From Terriglobia bacterium (GTDB lineage Bacteria; Acidobacteriota; Terriglobia; Acidiferrales; UBA7541): a stretch of 64,000 bases of DNA. The position numbers were made by a program, and so were the translations under genes. Shown one piece after another: positions 10,639 through 21,159 of the stretch. Position 1 is the stretch's first letter, and every line of letters starts with the position of its first letter. The stretch is taken from NCBI GenBank assembly GCA_963695545.1, contig OY968796.1, positions 1,664,001 through 1,728,000 of the forward strand. Direction: 5' to 3'. The notes under the pieces were generated by a model. It was given only the letters and a program-made list of their open reading frames with translations, did not search any database and was not told where the DNA came from.

Positions 10639-11670
10639 ATGAAGCCCAGCGAAACTTTTTGGTCCGGCAAGAAAGTGCTCATCACGGGCGGCGCCTCATT
10701 CATCGGCTCAACTCTCGCCGATCAGCTCATCGCCCGTGGAGCGACGATACGCGCCGTCGACGATCTCACCAGCGGCCACCTCGACAACATCAAGGGACAC
10801 ATCTCGAGCGGCAAGCTAGAATTTCTTCGCGCTGATCTGCGCGAGCCGGGTATCGCCCGCGGCGCTGTCTCCGGCGTAGACACGGTTTTTCATCTCGCCG
10901 CCGATCACGGTGGGCGCGGCTACGTCGATTTGCATCAGGCCGGCCCCGCTTCCAATTTTTTTCTCGATGGTCTGATTTTTTCCGAAGCGCTCCGGGCCAA
11001 GGTGCGCAAAGTTGTTTTTGCTTCTTCGGGTTGTGTCTATCCGAATTTTCTCCAAGCCGATGCCACGAAAATGCTTTATCTCACCGAGGATCTCACCAAG
11101 GGTCCGAACGACGCGGATAATACTTACGGTTGGGCCAAGCTGATGGGCGAATTCACCCTCCAAGCCTACGCCAAAGAACACGGCCTGAAGGCCGCCTCCT
11201 GCCGTTACTTCACTGTTTACGGCCCGCGCGGCGTGGAAAATCACGCCGTGATCGCCATGATCGCGCGCGCCTTCGTTGGCCAGAATCCGTTCGAGGTTTG
11301 GGGCGACGGCACGCAGATTCGCAACTGGACCTACATTGACGATATCGTCTCCGGCACGATTCTCGCCGGCGAAAAAATCGACGACGGCACGCCCGTGAAT
11401 CTTGGCACCATGGAACGCGTGCGCGTGATCGACGCCGTAAATATGGTGCTCGAATTCACCGGCCAAAAAGCGGAAATTAAGTTTCTCCGCGACATGCCCA
11501 CCGGCCCGCTCAATCGCGTGGCCGATAATTCCCGCGCCAAACAGTTGCTGGGATGGGAGCCCGAGGTTACCTTCCGCGAAGGCTTGCGCCGGACGATTGA
11601 CTGGTATTACAAAACGAAGGATCGCGCTCAGGTCCAGTCGATTTTGAAACGCATGCTGACCGAGCGCTGA
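10639..11670 (+). CDS. NAD-dependent nucleotide-sugar epimerase/dehydratase (extended SDR)
   Basis: TGGASFIG, HLAADHGG, ASSGCVYP, YGWAK (YxxxK), WGDGTQIR. Confidence 0.92.
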   Translation: MKPSETFWSGKKVLITGGASFIGSTLADQLIARGATIRAVDDLTSGHLDNIKGHISSGKLEFLRADLREPGIARGAVSGVDTVFHLAADHGGRGYVDLHQAGPASNFFLDGLIFSEALRAKVRKVVFASSGCVYPNFLQADATKMLYLTEDLTKGPNDADNTYGWAKLMGEFTLQAYAKEHGLKAASCRYFTVYGPRGVENHAVIAMIARAFVGQNPFEVWGDGTQIRNWTYIDDIVSGTILAGEKIDDGTPVNLGTMERVRVIDAVNMVLEFTGQKAEIKFLRDMPTGPLNRVADNSRAKQLLGWEPEVTFREGLRRTIDWYYKTKDRAQVQSILKRMLTER

Positions 11671-11703
11671 AGGTCCCCGCGATCCCCGCGGCGGACCCTC
11701 GTT

Positions 11704-12780
11704 TTGAAAAAGACGCCCTCGGTCGGGCGTCCTGAGAGGCACTTGTTGTTCGCTGCCGTTCTCGCATTCATCGTAGCCTTGTGCGCGTCGCTCGCCCTGA
11801 CGATTCCGGTGCGCCATTTCGCGCTGCATGTCGGCATGGTGGACCGCCCCGGCCCTCGCAAAGTCCACGCGGTCCCGATACCGTTGCTCGGCGGTCTCGC
11901 AATCTATTCCGGCGTGACGCTCGCGATCCTCTTCGCGATCCACGGCGCCGCGTTGTCTCAAGTGGTTGGCATTTTTGCTGGAGCCACGCTCGTCGCCGCC
12001 GTGGGTTTTCTCGACGATCGAGGCTTGTTGCATCACCAAATTAAACTGTTTCTCGCTATGCCGGCCTCCGCCGTGATCCTGCTCGCTTCCGGAATTCGCG
12101 CTTACGTTTTTTCCGTGGTCTGGCCGGGCCGCGCCGGGTGGTGGTGCGACACGGCGTTGACGCTCCTCTGGGTCGTCGGCATCACCGCCGCGTTCAGCAT
12201 CCTCGATCACATGGACGGCCTGTGCGCCGGCGTCGCGGCCACCGCTTCTTTTTTTTTCGCGATCTTCGCGCTCCACAGCGGCCAATGGCTGGTCGGCACC
12301 ATGGCCGCCGCTGTGATGGGAGCCGCGATTGGATTCCTGCGCTGGAATTTCAGCCCCGCGAAAATCTTCATGGGTGACGGCGGCGCGATGTTCCTGGGCT
12401 TCTTGATGGCCACCCTGGCGCTGAAGCTGCGCCCCGAAGGACCCGCACACGCATATTGGCTTGCGCCCGTGCTGATTTTGGGCGTCCCGGTTTTTGACAC
12501 AACGCTGGTATCGATCTCCCGTTCGCGCCGGGGATTGCTGCCATTCAGCACGCCCGGCAAAGACCATACCGCGCACCGCCTTTCGAACCTCGGATTCCGC
12601 CAACGGGGGGCAGTCCTTTTGCTCTACGGTCTGGGTGTGATCTTCGGACTTTTGGCGTTGGTTTTGAGCCGCCTTGGTAGCGATCTGGCGATGGGCCTCG
12701 CTGCGGCGATCGCGTTGGCAGGGCTGATTGCAATAGGATGGCTCGAACGCGCCCCGTACGAGCGCCAGTCCGCGCACTGA
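11704..12780 (+). CDS. Undecaprenyl-phosphate GlcNAc-1-P transferase (WecA/MraY family)
   Basis: RKVHAVPIPLLGGLAI, GFLDD, DHMDGL, NFSPAKIFMGDGG, KDHTAHRL. Confidence 0.92.
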   Translation: MKKTPSVGRPERHLLFAAVLAFIVALCASLALTIPVRHFALHVGMVDRPGPRKVHAVPIPLLGGLAIYSGVTLAILFAIHGAALSQVVGIFAGATLVAAVGFLDDRGLLHHQIKLFLAMPASAVILLASGIRAYVFSVVWPGRAGWWCDTALTLLWVVGITAAFSILDHMDGLCAGVAATASFFFAIFALHSGQWLVGTMAAAVMGAAIGFLRWNFSPAKIFMGDGGAMFLGFLMATLALKLRPEGPAHAYWLAPVLILGVPVFDTTLVSISRSRRGLLPFSTPGKDHTAHRLSNLGFRQRGAVLLLYGLGVIFGLLALVLSRLGSDLAMGLAAAIALAGLIAIGWLERAPYERQSAH

Positions 12781-12889
12781 ATCGCTTCGCTGATCTGGTC
12801 ATTTGAGATCGAATTCCAGTCGAGACGCGGCGTAAGTGCGAACCAAGCGTCGGTGTTCTCCGGAACTAGCGTAAGATGAGTCATTCGCC

Positions 12890-14128
12890 ATGGCGGAGGA
12901 AAAATCGACCAAGCGAACTCGTCGAAAACTGAAACTCGTGATTTACACTCACGATTTTCTGCCGCTTCTAGGCGGAGTCCAAACTCAAATTGAATTGTTG
13001 GGCCGGGGATTTATGACATTCCCCGGTGCCGATGGTCTGCCCGAGTTTGACCCGATCGTCGTCACCAACACACCCGCCAACGGTTTCGACGATTCTTCCC
13101 TGGCGTTTCCGATCGTCAGAAATCCCGCCCTTTCGCAGTTGGTCGGCCTCATTCGAGGAGCCGATGTCCTGCATCTCGCGGGCCCCGCTTTGCTGCCATT
13201 GGTGATTTCCTGGCTGCTGCGAACCCCGACCATTGTTGAGCATCATGGTTACCAGGCGATTTGCCTAAACGGCGCCCTTTTGCACGAACCGGACCGCGCT
13301 GTCTGCCGCGGGTACTTTCAGGCCGGACAAATCTCCGAATGCTTGCGCTGTCAGCGTTCCGAGCTGTCTTCCACGTCCAAAAGTCTGCTCCGTTTGATCG
13401 CGACGAAAATGCGAAACTTCCTTTGTCGGCAGGTGGAAAATGTCGCGATCACCGGCCACGTTCTCAGGCGGCATGATCTGCCCCGTTCCCAGGTGATCTA
13501 TTACGGCATCGAGGAAAGTCTGGCGGGCCAAGCGGGCGGCGCGCCGAATTCCCGCGATCTAGCGAAAGTCTGCTTCGGCTATTTGGGAAGACTGGTCCCG
13601 GAAAAAGGGGTCGGCGTCTTGCTGGATGCTGCAGGAGAGTTGCACAAGCAAGGGCACGATTTCGCCCTCTGGTTGATCGGCGACGGCACAGATCGCCCCC
13701 GTCTGGAAAGTCAAATTGGTCAGCTAGACCTCAGCTCACGCATTCATCTCACCGGGTTTCTCAGCGGCGAAGCTCTATCGTCGTTGCTCCAGAAAATCGA
13801 CGTCATCATCATGCCCTCGGTGTGGGAAGAAACGGCGGGTCTTTCCGCGATCGAGCAAATGATGAGAGGCCGCCTCGTCATCGCCTCCGATATCGGCGGC
13901 CTCAGCGAAGTCGTATCGGACGCCGGAATCCTGTTCCCGCCCGGTAACGCCGAAGCCTTGGCGGAACGCATGTCCGCCGTGATCGCTCATCCAGAGTTGA
14001 TCGAGACGCTTGGTTTCAAGGCTCGCGAGCGCGCCTTACGCGCCTTCAAATTGGAACGAATGTTGGACGAACACGCGCACCTTTGCCGGCAAGTTGTTGC
14101 GAAGCGGGGACCTAAAAGTGGCATTTGA
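12890..14128 (+). CDS. Glycosyltransferase family 4
   Basis: GGVQT, GYLGRLVPEKG, MPSVWEETAGLSAIE. Confidence 0.9.
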   Translation: MAEEKSTKRTRRKLKLVIYTHDFLPLLGGVQTQIELLGRGFMTFPGADGLPEFDPIVVTNTPANGFDDSSLAFPIVRNPALSQLVGLIRGADVLHLAGPALLPLVISWLLRTPTIVEHHGYQAICLNGALLHEPDRAVCRGYFQAGQISECLRCQRSELSSTSKSLLRLIATKMRNFLCRQVENVAITGHVLRRHDLPRSQVIYYGIEESLAGQAGGAPNSRDLAKVCFGYLGRLVPEKGVGVLLDAAGELHKQGHDFALWLIGDGTDRPRLESQIGQLDLSSRIHLTGFLSGEALSSLLQKIDVIIMPSVWEETAGLSAIEQMMRGRLVIASDIGGLSEVVSDAGILFPPGNAEALAERMSAVIAHPELIETLGFKARERALRAFKLERMLDEHAHLCRQVVAKRGPKSGI

Positions 14129-14136
14129 GCACGACC

Positions 14137-14162
14137 AAGTACCATTACTAAGTACCATTACT
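14137..14162 (+). repeat. Perfect 13-bp tandem repeat (AAGTACCATTACT)x2, possible regulator site
   Basis: Seen directly, in the intergenic region upstream of the PEP-CTERM gene. Confidence 0.6.
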
Positions 14163-14367
14163 TCATTCTGATGCCGCGTTCCCGCGATGGGAAAAAATTT
14201 GGAACGCGTTGCTATATTGTGCAAGTCGCTTTCCTTCCAATATAATTTGCGGGGCTGGTATGCCTATTGTTTGCAGCGCGTTGATAATGGCAATCATCGT
14301 GCACATTACGGACGGGAAGCCTTAGGATATCTGCCTCGCGCCGGCAGCGGCCAGGAGGTTTTGCAAG

Positions 14368-14946
14368 ATGCGGAAGTCTTTGTTGGTTGCAGTCGTAGTA
14401 CTGTTCGTCGCGATGGCGGTGACCACCGTTCGCGCGGACTCAACGTCTAACTTCGACTTCACGACGACGGTTGGCCAAGCGCCAACTTCGGGTGTGATCG
14501 ATTGCGATTCCGTGGGTTGCCCCAATTCCATCTCGGCTACGGTGGAATGGGAAGGACTCACGTTTAACTTCTCCGACGCGGTTCTCACCGGGGGTCTCCA
14601 ACCCTCTAGCTACTTCGCGGACTCCGCCACCTGTACAGCAACCGCACCGTCTGCGCTAGTCGACCAAGCGCTGAACGGATGCGCAGGATACGATGGTTGG
14701 GCCACGGCCGAAGAGTCGGATGGAACATGGCTCTTTGCGCTTGATAGTGGCGTCCCGGGGTTGTTCGCAGTGGTCTCGGGAACCGGCACGGTCGATGAGG
14801 GTGCCGTCGCGTCTGGCGGCACATTCACCGATCCAGCCCCCACACCGGAACCGGGCTCAGGTGATCTGTTGCTGATCGGCCTGGCGCTATTGGGAATCGT
14901 GGTTCTGCGAAAGGGCATCGCTCAGGGCCGTCATCAGAGCGCCTGA
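14368..14946 (+). CDS. PEP-CTERM sorting-domain protein
   Basis: Signal peptide ending VRA-D; Ser/Thr/Asp-rich body; C-terminal TPEPGS + TM helix + RK. Confidence 0.88.
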   Translation: MRKSLLVAVVVLFVAMAVTTVRADSTSNFDFTTTVGQAPTSGVIDCDSVGCPNSISATVEWEGLTFNFSDAVLTGGLQPSSYFADSATCTATAPSALVDQALNGCAGYDGWATAEESDGTWLFALDSGVPGLFAVVSGTGTVDEGAVASGGTFTDPAPTPEPGSGDLLLIGLALLGIVVLRKGIAQGRHQSA

Positions 14947-15032
14947 TCGCGTCGTTCCTCTCGCTTCCGGCTCGGGATGGGTTTCTATCTATCGCGAGCG
15001 CGACATGACTTACCAAGCTGCGTCGTGAGGCG

Positions 15033-16232
15033 TCACGGCGCAGCTTTTTTTCTGCGCAATATTTCTGAGAATATTTCGCGGAGTTGTCTGCCGTTGTCGT
15101 CCCAGGCATATCGTCTCGCTGTTTCGGCCGCGCGCTCGCCCAACCGCGCGCGCAGATCGGAATCCTCGTACAGCGAGCGCATGTACGACGCGATCGTAGA
15201 CACATCATTAGGATCTTGTAGGATCAAACCATCCACACTGTCCGTCATAATCTCAGCCGTACCGTTCGTCGAGGTTGTGATCACAGGCAGGCCGCAAGCC
15301 ATAGCCTCCATTGGCGGCTGCGCAAAGGTATCCTCAAGCGACGGGCCGACGTAGGCATCCGCCGCGGCGTAGTAATACGCCACGTCGCCGCGCGAAGGCA
15401 GAAAGCGCACGCGTCCCGCAAGCTTCAACCGCTCGATCGGCGCATCGTATGGCCGCGTTTCATCGTTGCCCGCGACGTACAAGGCTACCGGCAGATCGGA
15501 CAGCGACGGCAATGCCTCGAGCAGCGTGAACAATCCTTTCTTGCGCCAATCATTTCCAACCAGAAGAAAAACGAACTGATCGGCCGGAATTCCCAGCTCC
15601 CTTCGCGTCGCCTCCCGCCGCGCCAACCGTCGCTGCGGATCGAATACCGCGTGATCGAGCCCCATGTAGACGACGGGCAGTTCGTCATGCGCGCCATAGA
15701 AACGGTCCAGGTCTGCGGCCGTCTTGCGCGCGATCAAGATCAGTTGCGCGCGTGGCCCGGTATACAAGTGGCGTTCCAACGCGATCGTAAGCCGGTAAAA
15801 AATCCATCGATGCAAGAGGCGCGGCCAGGAACGCACCGGATTTCGGGCCAAGGCAAGCTCCGGCCGCACTTGCCGGACGAACTCGGCGAACACGATGTGA
15901 ATCGAAATCGCATCCGCGTCCAGGCAGTTGGTCCCCGGAGTGAACACAAGGTCGTGGCGAATTCCGCGAAACGACCGATCCCACCATCGCCAGGCATGAT
16001 TGGCTGCGAGCCACCACGTGAAATTCACGATGTGCGGACCGGGAATTTTCGGAATCCGGTGCCACGTCAAATGCGCGAGATCCAAGTCTTCGACGCGCTG
16101 GCTGTAGACGTGCACGTCGTAATCTTCCGTTAGACGCGCGGTCCATTCCGCGATACGGCGTTCTGTGCCGTGACGCTTGTCAATGAATGGAGAAACAACG
16201 GCGAGGATCGGTTTGGACGCGCGCGTGGCCAT
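15033..16232 (-). CDS. Glycosyltransferase family 4
   Basis: HGTERR, LVGNDWRKKGL, PSLEDTFAQPPMEAMACGLPVI. Confidence 0.9.
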   Translation of the reverse strand: MATRASKPILAVVSPFIDKRHGTERRIAEWTARLTEDYDVHVYSQRVEDLDLAHLTWHRIPKIPGPHIVNFTWWLAANHAWRWWDRSFRGIRHDLVFTPGTNCLDADAISIHIVFAEFVRQVRPELALARNPVRSWPRLLHRWIFYRLTIALERHLYTGPRAQLILIARKTAADLDRFYGAHDELPVVYMGLDHAVFDPQRRLARREATRRELGIPADQFVFLLVGNDWRKKGLFTLLEALPSLSDLPVALYVAGNDETRPYDAPIERLKLAGRVRFLPSRGDVAYYYAAADAYVGPSLEDTFAQPPMEAMACGLPVITTSTNGTAEIMTDSVDGLILQDPNDVSTIASYMRSLYEDSDLRARLGERAAETARRYAWDDNGRQLREIFSEILRRKKAAP

Positions 16233-18143
16233 TCAGCGCGTAACCTTCATTGATTCGCACCATCGCTGCAGCACAAACAGCGACCAAACGCGCGACCATC
16301 CCATCCGCGCGGGATGCGCCAGAAATCGCCGCCATACCTGGCCAACCGCGCGCGGATCGAGCACTCCTGCGGCGCGCAACCGGTCGGGCGCGAAGGCCGC
16401 TTCGACGATCGGGCGCAATTCCGAGGAAAGCCAGCGGCTGTATGGAAGCACGAATCCGCGTTTGGGCCGCCCGATAATTTCCTCATACGCTGCCGGCGGC
16501 ATCAAGCGGCGCATCGCGTCGAGCAGTAATTTTTTCTTTTGCATGCGCAGCGACGCCGGCAGCGAAAACGTGTATTCCATCAACTCGTGGTCTAAGAATA
16601 CGGGGCGCACTTCAAGGCTGTGCGCCATGCTCATCGCGTCTCCATCGCGGAGCAGGCGCGGCTCCAGATGCGCGTGCACGTCGAGATAAGCGATCCGTTC
16701 CATCACTCCGCACGGTGCGGCGCGCGACGCCCACTCGCTAATGTGGCGGCGCGCCTCCGTTTCGCCACGGCGCGTGGCCGCGCCTCCACCGGACCGAGCC
16801 AATTCCGGATCCACCAGGCGCGCGAGGTCGCTATCTAGAAATAGAAGCCTCACCGCCAACTCCGCCGCGATGAAGGGCTCGTCCGCGCCCGCCAGATACG
16901 AAAGCTTGCGCCATCGAAACGGCAGCGCTGCGTAATCGAATAGAGCGTCGGCCACGGGTCGTGGCAGCCAGCGCAGCCGATTTGCCGTGCGCGTAAATCG
17001 TTCGAACCATTCGATCGAATCGTAGCCGCCGAACAGTTCGTCGCCGCCCTGCCCCGTCAGCGCCACTTTGAAGCCGGCGCGTTTCGCGGTGCGGCAAATC
17101 CAGTAAGCGTTCAGCCCATCGACGGTGGGCGCATCCATGGCCCAAATCGCGTGATCCAGCCCGTCGAGCACCTCGCGCGCCGAAAGTGTCAAGACGTTGT
17201 GTGGGATTTTCAAAATATCCGCTGTACGCCTACTGGACTCGGATTCATCGAAGGCTTTCTCTTCAAATCCAATGGTCAGTGCCGTCAGCCGTCCCGTGCC
17301 GGCGCGCTGCGCCAGAACGCCGAGCGCCGCGGAATCCACTCCGCCGCTCAAGAAAAGCGCAACGGGAACATCCGAGATCAAATGGCAACGCATAGCCTGG
17401 GTCAATGCGTTGCTTAAGGTTTCCGATATCGAATCGCTTGTCGGCACCGCGCCATTCGTTTTCGCGCACGGTTGCAAATCCCAATAGCGCCGCGTTTCAA
17501 ACACACGGTCTTTCCACGTTGCAATATGCCCAGGCGCGAGCGGCCGAACGCTTTCGATTGCCGCATACGGCGGAGGAATGTGTCCGAGCTGCAAAAAGAT
17601 GCGCACTGCGTGCGCATCGATGCGGCGCGGCAGCAAACCAGAAGCGAGCAACGTTTTGATTTCAGAGCCGAACATGATGCGATCTGGCGTCACTGAGTAA
17701 TACAGCGGCTTGATGCCGAGGCGATCTCGCGCGAGTAGCAAGCGGCGCTGGCGGCTATCCCATATGGCGAACGCAAACATTCCGCGCAGTTTTTCAACGC
17801 ACGCGTCGCCGAGTTCGGCGTAGAGATGAAGAACGACTTCGGTGTCGGTGGCGGAGCGAAACACATGGCCGCGGGAAACCAACCATTCGCGGAGCTCGGC
17901 CGCATTGTAACACTCTCCGTTGTAGGTGATCCAACAACTGCGGTCGGCGTCCGGCATAGGTTGGCGGCCGCGCTCGCTAAGGTCGAGAATCGCAAGACGC
18001 GCGTTCCCAAGAACGCAGTTGTCGACGACTTCGATTCCGTTGCTATCGGGACCCCGGTGCAGGAGCGCGGCGGTCATCGCCCGGGCGGAGTCTACGTGTT
18101 CCGGCGTCAAGTTTCGCGCCGCGATGCCGCCAATTCCGCACAC
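16233..18143 (-). CDS. asnB: Asparagine synthase (glutamine-hydrolysing) family amidotransferase
   Basis: N-terminal CGI (Ntn Cys), HRGPD, RDRLGIKPLYY, FLSGGVDS, GQGGDELFGGY, SMAHSLEVR. Confidence 0.93.
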   Translation of the reverse strand: MCGIGGIAARNLTPEHVDSARAMTAALLHRGPDSNGIEVVDNCVLGNARLAILDLSERGRQPMPDADRSCWITYNGECYNAAELREWLVSRGHVFRSATDTEVVLHLYAELGDACVEKLRGMFAFAIWDSRQRRLLLARDRLGIKPLYYSVTPDRIMFGSEIKTLLASGLLPRRIDAHAVRIFLQLGHIPPPYAAIESVRPLAPGHIATWKDRVFETRRYWDLQPCAKTNGAVPTSDSISETLSNALTQAMRCHLISDVPVALFLSGGVDSAALGVLAQRAGTGRLTALTIGFEEKAFDESESSRRTADILKIPHNVLTLSAREVLDGLDHAIWAMDAPTVDGLNAYWICRTAKRAGFKVALTGQGGDELFGGYDSIEWFERFTRTANRLRWLPRPVADALFDYAALPFRWRKLSYLAGADEPFIAAELAVRLLFLDSDLARLVDPELARSGGGAATRRGETEARRHISEWASRAAPCGVMERIAYLDVHAHLEPRLLRDGDAMSMAHSLEVRPVFLDHELMEYTFSLPASLRMQKKKLLLDAMRRLMPPAAYEEIIGRPKRGFVLPYSRWLSSELRPIVEAAFAPDRLRAAGVLDPRAVGQVWRRFLAHPARMGWSRVWSLFVLQRWCESMKVTR

Positions 18144-18409
18144 GTTGTGAAGAATCTCCCCTCAGCACTGCGACGCCGAGCGATTCGAGAATATTACAAT
18201 AGCGCGTGAGCTGCCTTCAGAAAAATCGCATTGCGGCAGGTGCGAAGGACGGCCCAATGATGCCAACCAGAATGCCGGATTTGGAGGTCTGGCCAACAGA
18301 TCGTACGGTTTGCCTGCCATCGACACAACGAGTTTGCCGCAAGAGCAGGCCCAAACGAAATCAGCAGGCTTCCGGCGGCTCGTTATTGCCAAAAGCGGTC
18401 GCTGAAATG

Positions 18410-18690
18410 AGTGAATCGAAGGTCGTGTTCATCGCTTGTGAAATCGAACGTCTCACAAGACAATATGCGGATTTGGAGGCAGAAGGTCGGCGAACGCCTG
18501 AATGCAAATCGTCCGTCGCCATCATTCCGGGTCAAGAGGCCCCACATCCCCGGTTGCGTTACGAGACCCACGTCAGCTGTGCGATCGACAGGACTTTGAA
18601 CCGGCTCGATCGCTTGCAACGGATGCGCAAGAGGCTACTCTTGCTCCGCCAGGATGGCGCCCAAGTCCCCTCATGGCTCCATCAGGGCGG
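18410..18690 (+). pseudogene. Probable C-terminal fragment of a helical hypothetical protein
   Basis: Protein-like stretch LRYETHVSCAIDRTLNRLDRLQRMRK inside an otherwise non-protein-like ORF (18206-18964). Confidence 0.35.
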
Positions 18691-19337
18691 ATCTAACTTG
18701 GATTTCCGATTTGGATTTCACCAAACGAGCCGTTGGATGTCGATCCTTATCGATATTCACGCAGGGTTGGACGCGGCGAGAATGCCTTGGAGTCGCAGAC
18801 CTCATGGACGAGAAACAAAATCAGTTGCGTCGGGCCTTGAGATTCCCGACGTGGGTAGGACGGGGAAGCTTCGGCGGTTCCTCGCGGCGCCAGGCCCTCG
18901 AAACTCGCTGGGAATCGGACTTGCATTTCGAGGCCATCAAGTTCATGTTTTTAACGTAAGTTAGCAAGCAAAATGGTAACCCTGGCCCGTTACGCTAGCG
19001 TTGTGCGAGGCAGACTTGACGCCGCCCGAAGTGCAGTGTGGAGAATCGGCTAGTCGACAGACCCAGCGTTATTGGCGCTCAATACGATAGGGACAGGATC
19101 GCAACGTTACCCGGGCGGATAGCATCAAAGCTGGATATGGGGTTCGCCCCGTCGGTTCTCTCCCGGAAAAGGGACGCCGGGAAGACATTCTTTGGCCAGT
19201 ATCTCGTAGCGGCGCGGTCGCGGCCCCTGCCCGAGGCTGACGCGCGATGCGTTGCGGTGTGCAATGGTCATCCTGTGGAATCTCCCTCCGCCCACGTGGC
19301 ATTCGAGATTGCATACTAGGTTTTTGGAGGATTTGAA

Positions 19338-21059
19338 ATGCGTACCCTGCGAGTGATTTTCGTTGTATTGGCATTGAGCGTGGTCCCATTACGGGCGGCT
19401 GATCAGCCGGACACGTTGAATCAGGTGGAAGACCGCATTTTCGCGCAAGAGCACGCGGAGATCACCACTCTCAAGCAGTACTCGCCGCTGGTGGAAACCT
19501 ACATCCAGGAGCTTCGCTCGGACAAGGATCTCGGTACTACCGTACCGGCCGGCGACAGGTATTTCTTGAGCCGCGCCGAACTTGCGAAAGGCGTGGAGCT
19601 TGAGCCCCTTAGCGGCAGCGGAAGCAAGGGCCACCGGTTTATGGCCGGTCTGGGCTCGGTCTTCACCTTGCAAATGGATTTCTTGCCACGCGGCTTCTTG
19701 CAGATGATCTATATTGACGACACCGCTTTCGACCGCGAGCACTACAAAATGGACTATGTGCGTCGCGAATTCCTGGGCGAGGTTCGCTGCCTGGTGTTCG
19801 ACGTCACGCCGCTGCCAAATGCCGGCAAAGGGCGTTTCACGGGTCGCATTTGGGTCGAGGATCAGGATTACCACGTGGTGCGTTTCAACGGCGGCTACAC
19901 TGGCAACACTGCCAGCGGGTTCTATTTCCACTTCGATAGCTGGCGCGTGAACGCCGGCCCGAACCTGTGGTTGCCCGCGTTTATCTACAGCGAAGAATCC
20001 GACCTGCGGTACGCCCTGGGGAAGAGGCTGCAGTTCAAAGGGCAGACCCGGCTGTGGGGCTACAACCTCGGTCAGGCCCGCGAGGAAGAGGAGCTGAGCA
20101 AAGTTCTGGTGGAAGCGCCGACCTCAATCGACGACCAAACGCAGAATGCCAACGACCTCTCGCCCGTGCAGGCGCAGCGCTCTTGGGACCGCCAGGCGGA
20201 AGACAACGTCACGGACCGCCTCGAGCGCATGGGGCTTCTCGCGCCCCCAGGCGACGTCGACAAGGTCCTCGAAACCGTCGTCAATAATCTCGAAGTGACG
20301 AACAAACTAGACATCGAGCCCGAAATACGCTGCCGCGTGCTGCTCACCTCGACGCTGGAATCGTTCACCATCGGTCACACCATCGTTTTGAGCCGCGGCC
20401 TGATCGACGTTTTGCCAGATGAGGCGAGCCTTGCAACGATGCTCGCGCACGAGCTGGCCAGTGTCGTGCTCGGCTACCGTATCAATTCGCAATACGCTTT
20501 CTTCGATAACATTCTGTTCGACGACAAGGACGTCTTCCGCCACTTCGGATTCGCGCGCACCCCGGAAGAGGATCAAGCCGCGGACGTAGAGGCTGCCAAG
20601 TTACTCCGCAACTCTCCGTACAAAGACCAACTGGCCACAGCCAACCTCTTCATTCAGGCTCTTGATCAGCGCTCCAAGGAAATTCCCAACCTGATCAGCC
20701 CGCACTTGGGCGATCGTGTTCCGGTGAGCATGACGATCGAGGCGACTGCTTCTTCGACGCAACCGACATCGGCTCCGCCGGCTGCGGCGCCTGCGAATCT
20801 AATTGTGGCGTTGCCGCTCGGTGGCCGCGTGAAGATGAATCCCTGGGATGATTCGCTCGAACTGCTGAAGAGCAAGCCGGTCGGCACCGTCGCCGAGCAG
20901 GAAAGGATGCCCTTCGAGGTGACGCCGTTCATGTTGTATCTGACGCGTGAGACCGCCAGCACTTCCTCGCAGACGTCCGGCGCCATCGCACCGGTCTCTC
21001 AAGCTAATTCGACCCCGCTAGACTCGGGACACTTCGCCCTAATTCCGAATAAGCAGTAA
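19338..21059 (+). CDS. Exported M48-like metallopeptidase-domain protein with degenerate zinc motif
   Basis: GGAGG RBS, signal peptide, IVLSRGLIDVLPDEASLATMLAHELAS (HExxH reads HELAS). Confidence 0.75.
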   Translation: MRTLRVIFVVLALSVVPLRAADQPDTLNQVEDRIFAQEHAEITTLKQYSPLVETYIQELRSDKDLGTTVPAGDRYFLSRAELAKGVELEPLSGSGSKGHRFMAGLGSVFTLQMDFLPRGFLQMIYIDDTAFDREHYKMDYVRREFLGEVRCLVFDVTPLPNAGKGRFTGRIWVEDQDYHVVRFNGGYTGNTASGFYFHFDSWRVNAGPNLWLPAFIYSEESDLRYALGKRLQFKGQTRLWGYNLGQAREEEELSKVLVEAPTSIDDQTQNANDLSPVQAQRSWDRQAEDNVTDRLERMGLLAPPGDVDKVLETVVNNLEVTNKLDIEPEIRCRVLLTSTLESFTIGHTIVLSRGLIDVLPDEASLATMLAHELASVVLGYRINSQYAFFDNILFDDKDVFRHFGFARTPEEDQAADVEAAKLLRNSPYKDQLATANLFIQALDQRSKEIPNLISPHLGDRVPVSMTIEATASSTQPTSAPPAAAPANLIVALPLGGRVKMNPWDDSLELLKSKPVGTVAEQERMPFEVTPFMLYLTRETASTSSQTSGAIAPVSQANSTPLDSGHFALIPNKQ

Positions 21060-21159
21060 AGTAAGGCTCGATTAGATTTCGGCGATTCCTAGACGAGGGT
21101 AATAACCGCCACTTCAACGCATCTCGGTTTATCGCGCTGCGTCCGGATGTGCCAGACGA

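Noticed and set aside
12249..12257. T9 tract in the WecA-like gene as a phase-variation switch
   Set aside because: In frame and explained by Ser-Phe-Phe-Phe codons in a TM helix; no evidence without reads
10816..12777. 653-aa minus-strand ORF, and similar long ORFs at 38299-39414, 48082-49206, 50142-51275, 53606-54784 and 61429-62751
   Set aside because: Antisense shadows of well-supported genes in high-GC DNA, with no recognisable motifs
16233..18143. AsnB as lasso cyclase for the precursor at 33595-33789
   Set aside because: It keeps the N-terminal glutaminase Cys, is coupled to a glycosyltransferase and lies 11 kb from the operon; the core has no Asp/Glu for a macrolactam
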